Source of the DNA: Vicinamibacterales bacterium
Lineage (GTDB): Bacteria; Acidobacteriota; Vicinamibacteria; Vicinamibacterales; UBA823
NCBI GenBank assembly: GCA_965197385.1
Contig: CBDANA010000007.1
Location: forward strand, 1,736-65,735
Length of the DNA stretch: 64,000 bases
Direction of reading: 5' to 3'
The translations under genes and the position numbers were made by a program. Of the stretch, positions 1 through 10,215 are shown in pieces (the stretch's first letter is position 1; every line of letters begins with the position of its first letter). The notes below the pieces were generated by a model. The model worked only from the letters and a program-made list of their open reading frames with translations. It had not been told where the DNA came from and made no database searches.

Positions 1-171
1 CGACGGCTCCGCCCGTGTGGAGTAGTAAAATCAGGCCCAGTACCCGCTCTGGCTACGCCTCAGCGAGCACGGCCCCGAGCGTCACGCCGTACATGAGTCC
101 ACCGAGTGCGCCCGTCCCGAGCTTGCCGACCCTGCTTTGTATCGCGCCGATCGGTGAGCGCCGACGAGTCG

Positions 172-314
172 CGGGGATCACCGACCTGCTGATTCTCCTC
201 GCGTCCTGGGGAGCATGCCCATCACCATGTGCGGCCGATCTGGATGGCGACGGTCTGGTGGGAATCAACGACCTGCTCGCGCTGCTTGCGGCGTGGGGGA
301 CACAGGCTCCATAG
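172..314 (+). pseudogene. C-terminal dockerin-like (EF-hand type) domain remnant
   Basis: Translation GITDLLILLASWGACP..CAADLDGDGLVGINDLLALLAAWG*; no convincing upstream coding body. Confidence 0.5.
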
Positions 315-548
315 GCAGGGCCGGCGCCGGTCATCGGTCTCTCCCGCACGGCCGGCAGACGGTTCGGTCTCTGTACCTTTGTGCGAATCCTGGTCGATTC
401 CGGACCGCCCGGGACCGGGATCTCTGTTCGCCGAGACACGAACAATCGATCTCGAAGAGCCTCCGGGATCGACTACGAATCTGACCTCAGTTGCGCACGC
501 CCCGCCGAACGACTACTATGCCTGCGGTTCTCGCAGGGAGGTTAACCG

Positions 549-1766
549 ATGTTCAATGCCGCCGACACTGCGTTCATGCTCGTGGCCGCCGCCCTCGTGT
601 TGATCATGACACCGGGGCTCGCCTTCTTTTACGGCGGCTTGATCGGACGTAAGAACGTATTGGCCCTCATGATGCAGAGCTTCGTCTCGCTGGGTGTTAC
701 GACCGTGCTCTGGGTGACGGTTGGCTACTCGCTCAGCTTCGGAAGCGACATCGGCGGCGTCATCGGTAACCCATTCGATTTCTTGTTGATGCAGGGCATA
801 GCCACCGGAGACATCTACCCGGAACTGGGGATTCCTGTCTACCTGTTTGCCGTCTACCAGTTGATGTTCGCCATCATCACTCCAGCCCTGATCACCGGTG
901 CCTTTGCGAACCGCATGACCTTCAAGGGCTATCTAACATTCCTGGTGGCCTGGCAACTGGTCGTCTACTACCCGTTTGTTCACATGATATGGGGCGGCGG
1001 CTGGATGGCGGACTACGGTGTACTGGACTTCGCCGGCGGCATCGTGGTTCACGCGCTCGCCGGTATGGCAGCACTTGCCACCGTATTTTTCCTCGGCGCG
1101 AGGCGTGTCTCCGAGCCGGAGCCCCACAACATCCCGTTCGTTGCACTCGGTACGGCCCTGCTCTGGTTCGGGTGGTTCGGCTTCAACGCCGGAAGTGCAT
1201 TGGGCGTAAACGAGATCAGCGTTCTGGCGTTCATCAACACCCAGATCGGCAGCGCGTTCGCCGGCGTAACATGGATGATCCTCGATTGGACGCTCCACAA
1301 GAAGCCGACCCTGGTCGGGTTCTGCGTCGGCGCGGTCGCCGGTCTTGCGACCGTCACCCCGGCAGCCGGCTTCGTGGCACCCCAGGGTGCGATGTTGATC
1401 GGGATTCTTGCCGGCAGCATTCCTTATGCTGCCGTCTGGTTCCGCCAGAAGAATAACTGGGACGACGCGCTCGACGTGTGGGCCGTCCACGGCATCGGTG
1501 GCGCCGTCGGCATCCTGGCCCTCGGCCTTCTGGCCACCACGCAAGTGAATCCAGGCGGGGCAGATGGCCTGCTCTACGGGAACGCCTCCTTCTTCGTGAA
1601 GGAGTTGGTGGGCGTGGCAGTCGGCGTCGCGTGGGCCTTCATCGTCACCTACGCACTGCTGTGGACGATCAACCTGGTCACACCCGTACGGGTGTCGGAC
1701 GCCGACGAGAAGGCAGGCCTCGACAGCGCGCTCCATGGAGAGCAAGCGTACGCCGGCAGCGACTGA
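549..1766 (+). CDS. amtB: Ammonium transporter (Amt family)
   Basis: DFAGGIVVH, LLWFGWFGFNAGS and DDALDVWAVHG motifs; GGGAGG RBS upstream. Confidence 0.97.
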   Translation: MFNAADTAFMLVAAALVLIMTPGLAFFYGGLIGRKNVLALMMQSFVSLGVTTVLWVTVGYSLSFGSDIGGVIGNPFDFLLMQGIATGDIYPELGIPVYLFAVYQLMFAIITPALITGAFANRMTFKGYLTFLVAWQLVVYYPFVHMIWGGGWMADYGVLDFAGGIVVHALAGMAALATVFFLGARRVSEPEPHNIPFVALGTALLWFGWFGFNAGSALGVNEISVLAFINTQIGSAFAGVTWMILDWTLHKKPTLVGFCVGAVAGLATVTPAAGFVAPQGAMLIGILAGSIPYAAVWFRQKNNWDDALDVWAVHGIGGAVGILALGLLATTQVNPGGADGLLYGNASFFVKELVGVAVGVAWAFIVTYALLWTINLVTPVRVSDADEKAGLDSALHGEQAYAGSD

Positions 1767-1879
1767 GTAGACCGCGGAGACGCGGTTCACCGATAGAGAT
1801 ATTGCGACGTGTTCCAGGGTGAGAACGCAGAAGACCATTCCACCAAGACGAGAAGAAAAACCGTGCAGAAACACTCCTT

Positions 1880-2712
1880 AATGTTGGCGACGATAGCTTT
1901 GGGTGCAGGTGTGAACACCATGCCGGCGATCGCACAAGAGCCTGTGAACCAGGGAGACCTGTCGTTCTCGTTCGGCGCCACGACTACCAGCGCGTACTTC
2001 TTCCGCGGCTATAAATAGGAGGATTCGGGCTTGATCTTCCAACCGTGGTTGGAGGTGGGCGTGGCGCTTGTCGAAGGGGAGGGCAATTCGCCCGGTGTGT
2101 CGCTTGCGTTCGGTGACTGGGTCAGTCTCCATTCCGCAAAGACCGGGGCCACTGAGGCGAATGTGCAGGCCTGGTACGAATCGGATTTCTACGCCGGCGT
2201 CACCCTCGATTGGGATTCGTTCTCGCTCGGACTGTCCCACACGGTCTACACGTATCCGAGCGGTGACTTCAACACCGTGCAGGAAATCAGCCTGACAGCC
2301 GGGTACGCACTGCCCGAGAACACCATGTACCACACGGTGCTGGGTGACATCTCGCTGGGCCTGCACTTCGAGGTGGACAACTCGAACGTAAGCGCCGACG
2401 AGGCAACCTACATGGAGCTCGGATTCGGTCCGAGCTTCGACATCCTCGATGAGAAGGCGACGGTATCGATACCCCGTGACGCTCGGTTTCAGCCTTGACG
2501 ACTACTACGTGGACGCCGGTGGCAGCGACGACTTCTTCGGATACGCCAGTATCGGCGCCGACCTGGCCTCTCCGCTCGGCGGCGGTAACTATGGCGAATG
2601 GACGCTGAACACCGGTGCCAACCTGCTGTTGCTGGGTACCGCTGCAGACGAGGCCAATGGCGGCGATGCAGTTGAGTTCCTCGCATACATCGGTCTGTCG
2701 GTTTCCTATTAG
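1880..2712 (+). pseudogene. Outer-membrane porin-like protein (TorF-like), disrupted
   Basis: Signal peptide, YFFRGY, WYESDFYAG, C-terminal GLSVSY; in-frame TAG at 2016-2018 and a frameshift near 2472 (C run). Confidence 0.6.
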
Positions 2713-2891
2713 GGCGTGTTCTGACGGACGTCTCGTAGTCCGCGACGGATCAGAGACAAGGACCCCATGCTGCGAGAAGGCGGAAGGTCCTACGCGGATC
2801 TAGCTCATCCATGTCAGAGAAGCTCCGGTTCGTTCACGGCCACGCGGGCGAGTCCCATTCTGCACGATTGCTAGACAGGTCGGAACACTCT
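2713..2891. repeat. Possible degenerate MITE
   Basis: Imperfect terminal inverted repeats ggcgtgttctgac / gtcggaacactct directly after the porin stop codon. Confidence 0.3.
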
Positions 2892-3003
2892 CCTGGAATC
2901 AGTACGAATACTCGAATACCCCGCCCCCGTTGCCAAACCGCAGGTTTGTCTCAGGTCGACTGACGGCCTACAATCGGGCCTGATTCCGTCCGGCAGCCCG
3001 ATC

Positions 3004-3033
3004 ATGCCTCTCGAACGCGGCACCCGCCTCGGC
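3004..3033 (+). pseudogene. Ser/Thr kinase N-terminal scrap (MPLERGTRLG)
   Basis: Typical Hanks kinase start; TACAAT -10-like box at 2970-2975. Confidence 0.5.
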
Positions 3034-3073
3034 ACAGTGGACGTTAGCTCGGCCTAGTCAAGGAGTTACACGC

Positions 3074-3985
3074 ATGAGATCAGCGATCGGAGCACTCACA
3101 CTCGCGGCCGTCGGTCTATGTCTGTGGGGCATGCCGAGCCCCGCGATGGCGCAAGATGGGCTGAAGATTTACATCTCGGCCGACATGGAGGGCGTCACCG
3201 GTGCGGTGACCGGCGAACAGCTCGGCCCGGGCGGCTTCGAGTACCAGCGCTTCCGCCAATTCTTGACCGATGAGGTCAACGCGGCGATCGAGGGGGCACG
3301 CGAGGCAGGGGCACGCGAGATCCTGGTCTCGGACTCGCACGGCAACGGCCAGAACCTCCTGATCGACCAGCTACCGGAGGACGTCCAGGTCGTCCGCTCC
3401 TGGCCTCGGCCGCTCGGTATGATGCAAGGGATCGACGACACGTTCGACGGCGCCATCTTCATCGGGTATCACTCCAGCACGACCAACCCTGAGGGGATCC
3501 GCGCGCATACGACCTCGAGCGGCCGGCTGGCGGCCGTGCGCGTCAACGGCGTGGAGATGACCGAAGCCAGCTACAATGCCGCCATCGCGGGCCATTTCGA
3601 CGTGCCGGTCATCATGATCTCCGGCGACGACGCCGTCGTCAGCGAGGCGCAGTCCGTCCTTGGCGATGTCGAGGGGGCGGTCGTCAAGTGGGCGTACGGC
3701 TTCCACTCGGCCCGGACCCTCCACCCCGCGGCCGGGCAGGCGGTCATTCGCGAGACGGCGCGGGCGGCCGTCAGCCGGATCGGCGACTTCACGCCCTACA
3801 AGCCGGACGCGCCGATCCAGTTCGAGGTTACGTTCAAGAACTACCAGCCGTCGCAACTGCTCGCCTACCTGCCGCAGGTCGAACGGATCGACTCGCACAG
3901 CATTCGGTTCGTCGGCGACGACATGGTCGACGTATCGACGTTCTACACCTTCATGATGAACTACAGCGCTTCACTGGAGCCGTAG
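3074..3985 (+). CDS. dppA: M55 family D-aminopeptidase (DppA-like) with signal peptide
   Basis: KIYISADMEG, VSDSHG, FIGYH and ISGDD motifs. Confidence 0.92.
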   Translation: MRSAIGALTLAAVGLCLWGMPSPAMAQDGLKIYISADMEGVTGAVTGEQLGPGGFEYQRFRQFLTDEVNAAIEGAREAGAREILVSDSHGNGQNLLIDQLPEDVQVVRSWPRPLGMMQGIDDTFDGAIFIGYHSSTTNPEGIRAHTTSSGRLAAVRVNGVEMTEASYNAAIAGHFDVPVIMISGDDAVVSEAQSVLGDVEGAVVKWAYGFHSARTLHPAAGQAVIRETARAAVSRIGDFTPYKPDAPIQFEVTFKNYQPSQLLAYLPQVERIDSHSIRFVGDDMVDVSTFYTFMMNYSASLEP

Positions 3986-4002
3986 AGGATCAAGGAGTTA
4001 CA

Positions 4003-4190
4003 CCGGAACTTACTTGACTGGACGAGCCCGCGCTCGTAGCGCAGCCATTTTAGGGCTGCATCGTAGGCGGGCTCGGCAGGCCTGCCCTTCGGCAGGCTCA
4101 GGGCACCCCGAGCCCGTCGAGGGGTGAAGGCCTGCGCTACGTGGTAACTCACGTGAGTTCCGGGATTAGGAGTTGGGAGTTGGGAGTGAG
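4003..4190. repeat. Nested REP-like palindromes plus short GGGAGTT tandem repeats
   Basis: GTAGCGCAG...CTGCGCTAC pair 4036-4140; 40-bp palindrome 4085-4124; outer inverted repeat 4003-4013/4153-4163. Confidence 0.7.
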
Positions 4191-4272
4191 TACTACTTTG
4201 TCAGATCACTGAATACCCGGCGCGAGCGTCGCAGCCTCGTCGCGGGCGCCTGACGTGAGGCGGGAGCCGACG

Positions 4273-4476
4273 TCAGCGCTCGATTCGAATTTGGAGAATG
4301 TCGATTCGCTTGAGTGGAGCCTCACCGTCCAGCGGCATGGCAGCAATGGCATCCACCGCATTCATCCCATCCACGACTCGCCCGAAGACCGTGTAGCTGC
4401 CGTCGAGTGAGCGTGCCGCGGCCGTGCAAATGAAGAATGACGTCGACGCGCCATTCGGATCCTCGTCGCGGGCCAG
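4273..4476 (-). pseudogene. Cyclophilin-type PPIase C-terminal fragment
   Basis: ASTSFFIC...LDGSYTVFGRVVDGMNAVDAIA; 5' part missing. Confidence 0.8.
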
Positions 4477-4478
4477 AT

Positions 4479-4541
4479 CAGATCGAGGCCCCCATCGGGG
4501 CCGGGGGCATGGGGGAGGTCTACAAAGCGACCGACACCAGG
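4479..4541 (+). pseudogene. Ser/Thr kinase P-loop scrap
   Basis: Translates QIEAPIGAGGMGEVYKATDTR. Confidence 0.75.
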
Positions 4542-4555
4542 GGACGGCGCTTACC

Positions 4556-5254
4556 ATGAAACGCTCCACCATCAACTCCCACATCCGCGCGGCTATCGAC
4601 CTCTTCGACGCCCACCGATTCCCCCTGCCTCCTTTCGCCTACTGGAGCCCGGCAGCCTGGAGAGAGACGGGCTCGGAGGCAGACGAGATCAGGCGGTGCC
4701 GCCTCGGTTGGGACCTGACGGACTTCGGCCGCGGCGACTTCGAGCGGTGCGGCCTGCTATTGTTCACCATGCGGAACGGCCGTGCGGCCGACGCGGCTGA
4801 CACGGGTACATCGCCCTCGACGACGCTCGGGCCCGTGAAGCCGTACGCCGAGAAGGTCATGGTCGTCGGCGACGAGCAGGTCACGCCCTGGCACTACCAC
4901 GTGGTCAAGATGGAGGATATCATCAACCGCGGCGGCGGACGGCTGGTCATCGAGCTGTGCCAAGCCGACGCCGATGGTCAGTTGACCGAGGACGGCGTGG
5001 AGGTCTCGGTCGATGGCATGCGCCGCACGGTGCCGGCCCGAGGCCGGGTCGAGCTCTCGCTCGGGGAGAGCATCACGCTACCGCCGCGCCTGGCCCATCA
5101 GTTCCAGGCCGTGGGCGGGACGGTGCTCGCCGGCGAGGTCTCGTCGCTGAACGACGATGAGACCGACAACTACTTCATCGAGCCGGTCAGGCGGTTCCCT
5201 TCGGTCGAGGAGGATGAGCCGCCGCTGTATCCACTCTGTACCGAGTACCCGTGA
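4556..5254 (+). CDS. D-lyxose/D-mannose family sugar isomerase (cupin)
   Basis: MKRSTIN, LGWDLTDFG, YAEK, HYHVVKMEDIINRGGG, GEVSSLNDDETDNYF. Confidence 0.92.
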   Translation: MKRSTINSHIRAAIDLFDAHRFPLPPFAYWSPAAWRETGSEADEIRRCRLGWDLTDFGRGDFERCGLLLFTMRNGRAADAADTGTSPSTTLGPVKPYAEKVMVVGDEQVTPWHYHVVKMEDIINRGGGRLVIELCQADADGQLTEDGVEVSVDGMRRTVPARGRVELSLGESITLPPRLAHQFQAVGGTVLAGEVSSLNDDETDNYFIEPVRRFPSVEEDEPPLYPLCTEYP

Positions 5255-5447
5255 CGGGGTCCGGCGTCAGAGCGCGCGCGCCAGATGGACGACTCGTGAT
5301 CATCATCCGCGGCGCTCACACGTCGGAGAATGACGCGTCGCCGGGTGTCGGATAGCTCTGGTGTCAATCAGCCGTGAGAGGGTCAGCGGCGCCGCCGCGC
5401 GTCGTATTCCTCGTTGACGCGTCGCTCAAACTCACTGGCATAGTTCC

Positions 5448-5545
5448 TCACTGCACTACGGCGCGATTTAGCTCGTCGTGCTTCGTTCGCTGATCGGGGG
5501 GATACCCGTGCTTGCGCAGGAGCTTCTTCACCTTCTTCCGCATAG
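5448..5545 (-). pseudogene. Type I restriction enzyme HsdR C-terminal scrap
   Basis: MRKKVKKLLRKHGYPPDQ matches the conserved HsdR tail. Confidence 0.55.
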
Positions 5546-5760
5546 GAAGCACGACCGGATAAGCAGCTGACAGGAACAGTGGAAGGTTCGGTTTCTCGAC
5601 CGTGCACACAAGAGGCGACTCAGCTTTCGTACAACTCGGTCGCCGTTCCCGCACACGACAGTGGTCTCGCTTCACCGTGGTTGACACAGTAAGCGACGCC
5701 GAAGTTTACTCTGACTGGAGGCTCGGGAGCGCTCTCAGCAGCTCAGCCACGGGGAACTCT

Positions 5761-5874
5761 GCACCAAGCACAACCATGAAGATCATCCTTGTTCCGATGG
5801 GAAGCACAGGGGATGTTGCACCAAGCACAACCATGAAGATCATCCTTGTTCCGATGGGAAGCACAGGGGATGTT
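5761..5874. repeat. Exact 57-bp tandem duplication spanning the glycosyltransferase start
   Basis: 5761-5817 identical to 5818-5874. Confidence 0.95.
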
Positions 5875-7115
5875 CACCCATTCATCGCCATTGGAACCGT
5901 GTTGAAACGGCGCGGCCACGACGTCACCGTCATCACGAGTGCCGTCTTCAAACCGCTTACGCAGCAGGCTGGACTGCAGTTCGTTCCGGTCGGGACGGCG
6001 GAGGAGTTCGATCTCCTGAGGTAAAACTCCAAGCCCTGGAATTCGTGGAGAGGGTTCGAGACCGTCATCAAAGGGATCCTACGCGTGACGCCGTCCATCT
6101 ACCGAAGCATCCAGGAGCGATACGTACCGGGTCACACCATTGTGGCGGCGGCGGGCCTCGCCTTCGGAGCGCGAATCGCACAGGAGTCGCTCGGCGTGCC
6201 GCTGACGACGATTCACCTCCAGCTGGCCTATTTTCACAGTCTGTATCAGTCACCGATACTGCACGCATCGCTATCGACGATCAATGCGCTACCACGGTTC
6301 GCCAAGCACGGGCTCTTCCGCTTCTCGCACACGTTCGCTGACTCGTTCGTCGGGCCCGGGACGAACCGGTTCCGATCTCAATTCGGTCTCCCTCCAGCCC
6401 GTGACTTCGTGAACTCTTGGTTGCACTCGCCTGAGCGAGTAATTGGCTTATTTCCAGACTGGTTCGGCCCGCCACAGCCCGACTGGCCGCGCAGACTGTG
6501 CTCACCGGGTTCCCCTTATACGACAAGAGTGAGGTCCAAACCGTGCCACACAACGTAGCGCGGTTCCTCAACGACGGGGATCCGCCGATCGCGTTCACGC
6601 CAGGATCAGCGCGACTCGCGCTCGGCTTACTTCGCCACCCCGCTCAGATACGGCATAGCCAACGCTTTCTCAAGGCCTCGGTGGAAGCGTGTCAGCTGCT
6701 CGGGCGGCGAGGTGTATTGTTGACTCCGTATCAGAACCAGGTTCCGCGACGGCTGCCACCAGGGATTCAATCCTTCAAGTACGTACCGTTCAGCCAGCTA
6801 CTGCCGCGGTGTGCGGTGATCGTACACCACGGCGGCGTTGGGACACTCGCGCAAGGGTTTGCCGCGGGCCTTCCGCAACTCGTCATGCCGATGACGCACG
6901 ACCAGCCCGACAACGCGGTCAGGCTTAAGCGTCTCGGGGCGGGGCGCATGCTCAAACCGTCAGCGTTTCGCGGGCCAACAGTGGCTCAGGAGTTAGATAT
7001 GCTCCTAACGTCGCCCGAAGTCGCCGACTCCTGCAAGACGCTGGCCCAGAAACTTCTCGGTTGTGATGCCGTTGAGCACACCTGTGATCTGCTCGAAGAG
7101 ACGCCTGGCGACTAA
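5833..7115 (+). pseudogene. GT1 family glycosyltransferase (rhamnosyltransferase-like), disrupted
   Basis: GSTGDVHPF, HHGGVGT, HDQPDNA; in-frame TAA at 6022 and a frameshift near 6490. Confidence 0.85.
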
Positions 7116-7277
7116 CCCTTTCCCGTAAATGCTCGCGAAGGTTCAGATGCGACGACTACTCGTGATAACGGTGGCCGCTGGGAACGGGTCACCACTGACT
7201 ACGAACGAAGGCGACAGTCAGGCCAGCAAGAAACACCTGCTCCTATGATCGATATTCCCTCATCGTGAAGGCATCTC

Positions 7278-7802
7278 ATGCTCGAAGAACTCGCTTCGCA
7301 AGCCCAGGAATACATCTCACAACGTTACCTTGCGTGGGGTCTGGCCACAGTTGGACTGCTGATCGGTAGTGTCATAATTCGAGTCGTCAACAAGAGCTTC
7401 GCGAGGTTTTTTGCGAAGGTAGATTATGACCGAACATTAGAAATACTGTGCCAGCGCAGCGTCAAGATCTTCCTTTGGCTGGTACTGATCAGCTTTATTG
7501 CCGGGAACCTGGGATTTGACGTGTCCCCATTCATCGCCGGTCTGAGCGTGACCGGCTTTGTCGTGGGCTTTGCGGTCAAAGACGTGTTGTCTAACTTTGC
7601 CGCAGGCGTGTTCATCCTGATCAAACGGCCATTTTTGGTGGGTGACACGGTCAGTGTGGCTGGTGTGACAGGCGAGATCCTTGAGGTGAACCTGGCGGCC
7701 TGCATCATCTTTTCCACTGAGCATGAAACGGTAACCGTTCCCAACGCCAAGGTGTGGGGTAACCCAATCCGAAATGTCAGTAGAAATACGAAACAAGTGT
7801 GA
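7278..7802 (+). CDS. Small MscS-family mechanosensitive channel
   Basis: GFAVKDVLSNFAAG, RPFLVGD, VPN motifs. Confidence 0.85.
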   Translation: MLEELASQAQEYISQRYLAWGLATVGLLIGSVIIRVVNKSFARFFAKVDYDRTLEILCQRSVKIFLWLVLISFIAGNLGFDVSPFIAGLSVTGFVVGFAVKDVLSNFAAGVFILIKRPFLVGDTVSVAGVTGEILEVNLAACIIFSTEHETVTVPNAKVWGNPIRNVSRNTKQV

Positions 7803-8739
7803 AGTGGGTTTACTGGTGGAGTGCACGGCTGCTCGTTACACACGGCCCCCAAGGAGGACGTGGTGACCTGCCTGCCGTTTTTCGGACCAGCTGACGCTTG
7901 AGAGAATGGCGTCCTCCGGGCAAGGAGGAGCCATGAAGAAGACTCGGTTCACGGACGAGCAAATGGTCACGATCCTGCGGGAGGCCGACCGGCGGCCGGT
8001 GCCGGAGGTCGCCAAGCGGCACGGCGTCAGCGCCCAGACGATCTACAGCTGGCGCAAACACTTCGGGACGCTGGAACCGGCCGACGTGAAGCGCCTCCGC
8101 CAGCTCGAGCAGGAGAACGGTCGGCTGAAGAAGATGGTGGCCGATCGGGATCTCGAGATCGACGTGCTCCAGGAGATCACGCGAAAAAATGGTAGGCGCA
8201 CGTGCGCGCCGGCAGCAGGTCGCGTCTGCGTGCCGACGTGGGCTGTCGAGCCGCCGCGCGTGCGCCGTATTATCCGTCGCGCGGTCGACGCTCGGTTACC
8301 AGTCGCGGCTCCAGCAGCGCGATGCGCCGGCCCTGGCGGTCATGCGCGAGCTCGCGGGGCAGTATCCGCGGTACGGCTACCGGAAGATCCGGATCTTTCT
8401 CGCGCGCCGGGGACACCAGATGAGTGCCGAACGGACCTATCGGCTGTGGCGCCAGGCGGGCCTGCAAGTGCCGCGTCGGCGCCCGCGTCGGCGGATGGCC
8501 ACGCGTCGCCTCCGGCCGCAGCCCCCGACCGCGAGGAATCACGTGTGGGCCTATGACTTCGTCTTCGACACGTGCGCGGATGGCCGGGCGCTGAAGTGCT
8601 TGACGATCGTCGATGAGTTCACGCGGGAGTACCTGGCGATCGATGTGGCGGGAAGCATCCGATCCGGGCGGGTGATCGACGTGCTCGGACAGCTGGTGAG
8701 CCTCCACGGCGCCCCGCGCTATCTGCGGTCCGCGTGCTA

Positions 8740-8958
8740 TGACCAAGTTGTCAAGGCTCTCGGCGCCGTTGGGCTGTCCAATCGAGGGACAGATACGGGC
8801 ACGGGCTCGCTGGAGCCGGCCCATCGTGCGTCATCCGGACTCATACCCGAGGAGCGGAGGGTGCCTGGCGGACGGGCGTCGAGCTGTCTTCGACTCGAAG
8901 GGCTCAGGACAACGGTCGGCATGGCCTCCTCTCCGGCCGGAGCCGGAGCCTCAGGTCT
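8740..8958 (-). ncRNA. Putative bridge/seek RNA of the IS110 element
   Basis: Two internal loops with segments matching the target (8908-8915, 8869-8873) and donor junction (8825-8829, 8783-8787); RNA ends are approximate. Confidence 0.7.
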
Positions 8959-10215
8959 CTAGGCGGCGATCGGATCATCCCTCCACACGTGGTTGACGTC
9001 GAACGCCGTTTGGTTGTGGACGACGGCGAACGCGTAGTGCAGCAGCTTGGTCATGCAGGCCCCGATCGCTTGCATGGGGGGCAGGGGCCGCGTGACGCGC
9101 TGCGTGAGGCGCTCGTAGTGGGCTCTCAGGCGCCGGGTATGGCGTATGGACGACAGCGTGGCCATGTAGACCACGGCGCGCAGCTGCGCCCGGCCGCGCT
9201 TGCTGATCGGTGTGCGGCCCGCGTGCTGGCCGCTTTCCCGTCTCGACGGCTGCAGGCCGGCGAGCTTCACTAACTGCCGGCCGTGCCGGAATCGGTGAAA
9301 GGGGCCGATCTCGGCGAGTAGCCCGGCGATCGTGACCCACCCGATCCCCGGCAACGGCGCGAGATACGTCGGCTCCTCAAACCCCTCGAGGTCGGTCTGG
9401 AGCTCGCCCGCGACGCGATCGAGTTGGTCGCCGACGAAGTCGAGACGCTCGACCAGCCGAGTCACTTCACGCATGGCGGCCTCATGCCCATGGAGCGCCG
9501 CCACCGTCCTCCCGGCCTTCTCCCAGACTTGCTCAATCTTGAAGCGCCACATCCGCCGTCCCCGCCGGTGCTCTTGCACGACTCGGATGAAGGCCGGCTT
9601 CGTCAGCATCGCGATGTCCTGCGGGGGCAAGCCCGCCCGCAGCACCGCGAGGCACCCAGGCGCCGTGACGGTTTTCCACTCGCCGACGATTTCCGGAAAC
9701 ACGCCGTAGAGCTGATGCACGAGCAGGGTCTTGAGGCGGGCGCGCTCGCAGCGTAGACGCTGATACTCGCCCCAGGCTCGCCGCAGTTGCATGTATCGAG
9801 CGGGCAAGAGCTGGCACTTGGTCACGACCCCCGTGCGCAGCAGCTGCGCGATCTGCTCTGCGTCGGTCAGGTCTCGCTTGTCGCGTCCCATCTGCCGAGC
9901 CTCGCGCACCCGGAAGGTCGCGAGCGGATTGACGACGTGATACCGAAGCGCGCGCTGCTCAAAGAATGCACCAACCGCCTCCCACACGTGTCCGGTGGCC
10001 TCGAACGCGAAGTGCACCGTACCTCGTCCCCGGCCGACTCGACGGGCCGAGCAGCGCTCCACGAGCTCGCGCAGCCCCTCTCGAGAATGCGAAACCTTGA
10101 AGCTCGTGAGGCGGTGTCCCTGCCCATCGAGGACGACCACCTGGTGCTGACGGGTCGCCAGATCGATGCCCACGAAGATGTCGTCCAACGTGTGGTGCCT
10201 CTCATCCTGTCTCAT
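8959..10215 (-). CDS. IS110 DEDD recombinase/transposase
   Basis: FVGIDLA, FEATG, KRDLTDA, PGIG, RESG motifs; GGAGG RBS. Confidence 0.95.
   Translation of the reverse strand: MRQDERHHTLDDIFVGIDLATRQHQVVVLDGQGHRLTSFKVSHSREGLRELVERCSARRVGRGRGTVHFAFEATGHVWEAVGAFFEQRALRYHVVNPLATFRVREARQMGRDKRDLTDAEQIAQLLRTGVVTKCQLLPARYMQLRRAWGEYQRLRCERARLKTLLVHQLYGVFPEIVGEWKTVTAPGCLAVLRAGLPPQDIAMLTKPAFIRVVQEHRRGRRMWRFKIEQVWEKAGRTVAALHGHEAAMREVTRLVERLDFVGDQLDRVAGELQTDLEGFEEPTYLAPLPGIGWVTIAGLLAEIGPFHRFRHGRQLVKLAGLQPSRRESGQHAGRTPISKRGRAQLRAVVYMATLSSIRHTRRLRAHYERLTQRVTRPLPPMQAIGACMTKLLHYAFAVVHNQTAFDVNHVWRDDPIAA

Noticed and set aside
2016-2018. Pyrrolysine or amber recoding
   Set aside because: A simple CAG to TAG change explains it, and TAG is a normal stop throughout the window.
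5344-5366. IS3-like terminal repeat remnant
   Set aside because: Too short, with no partner end or transposase.
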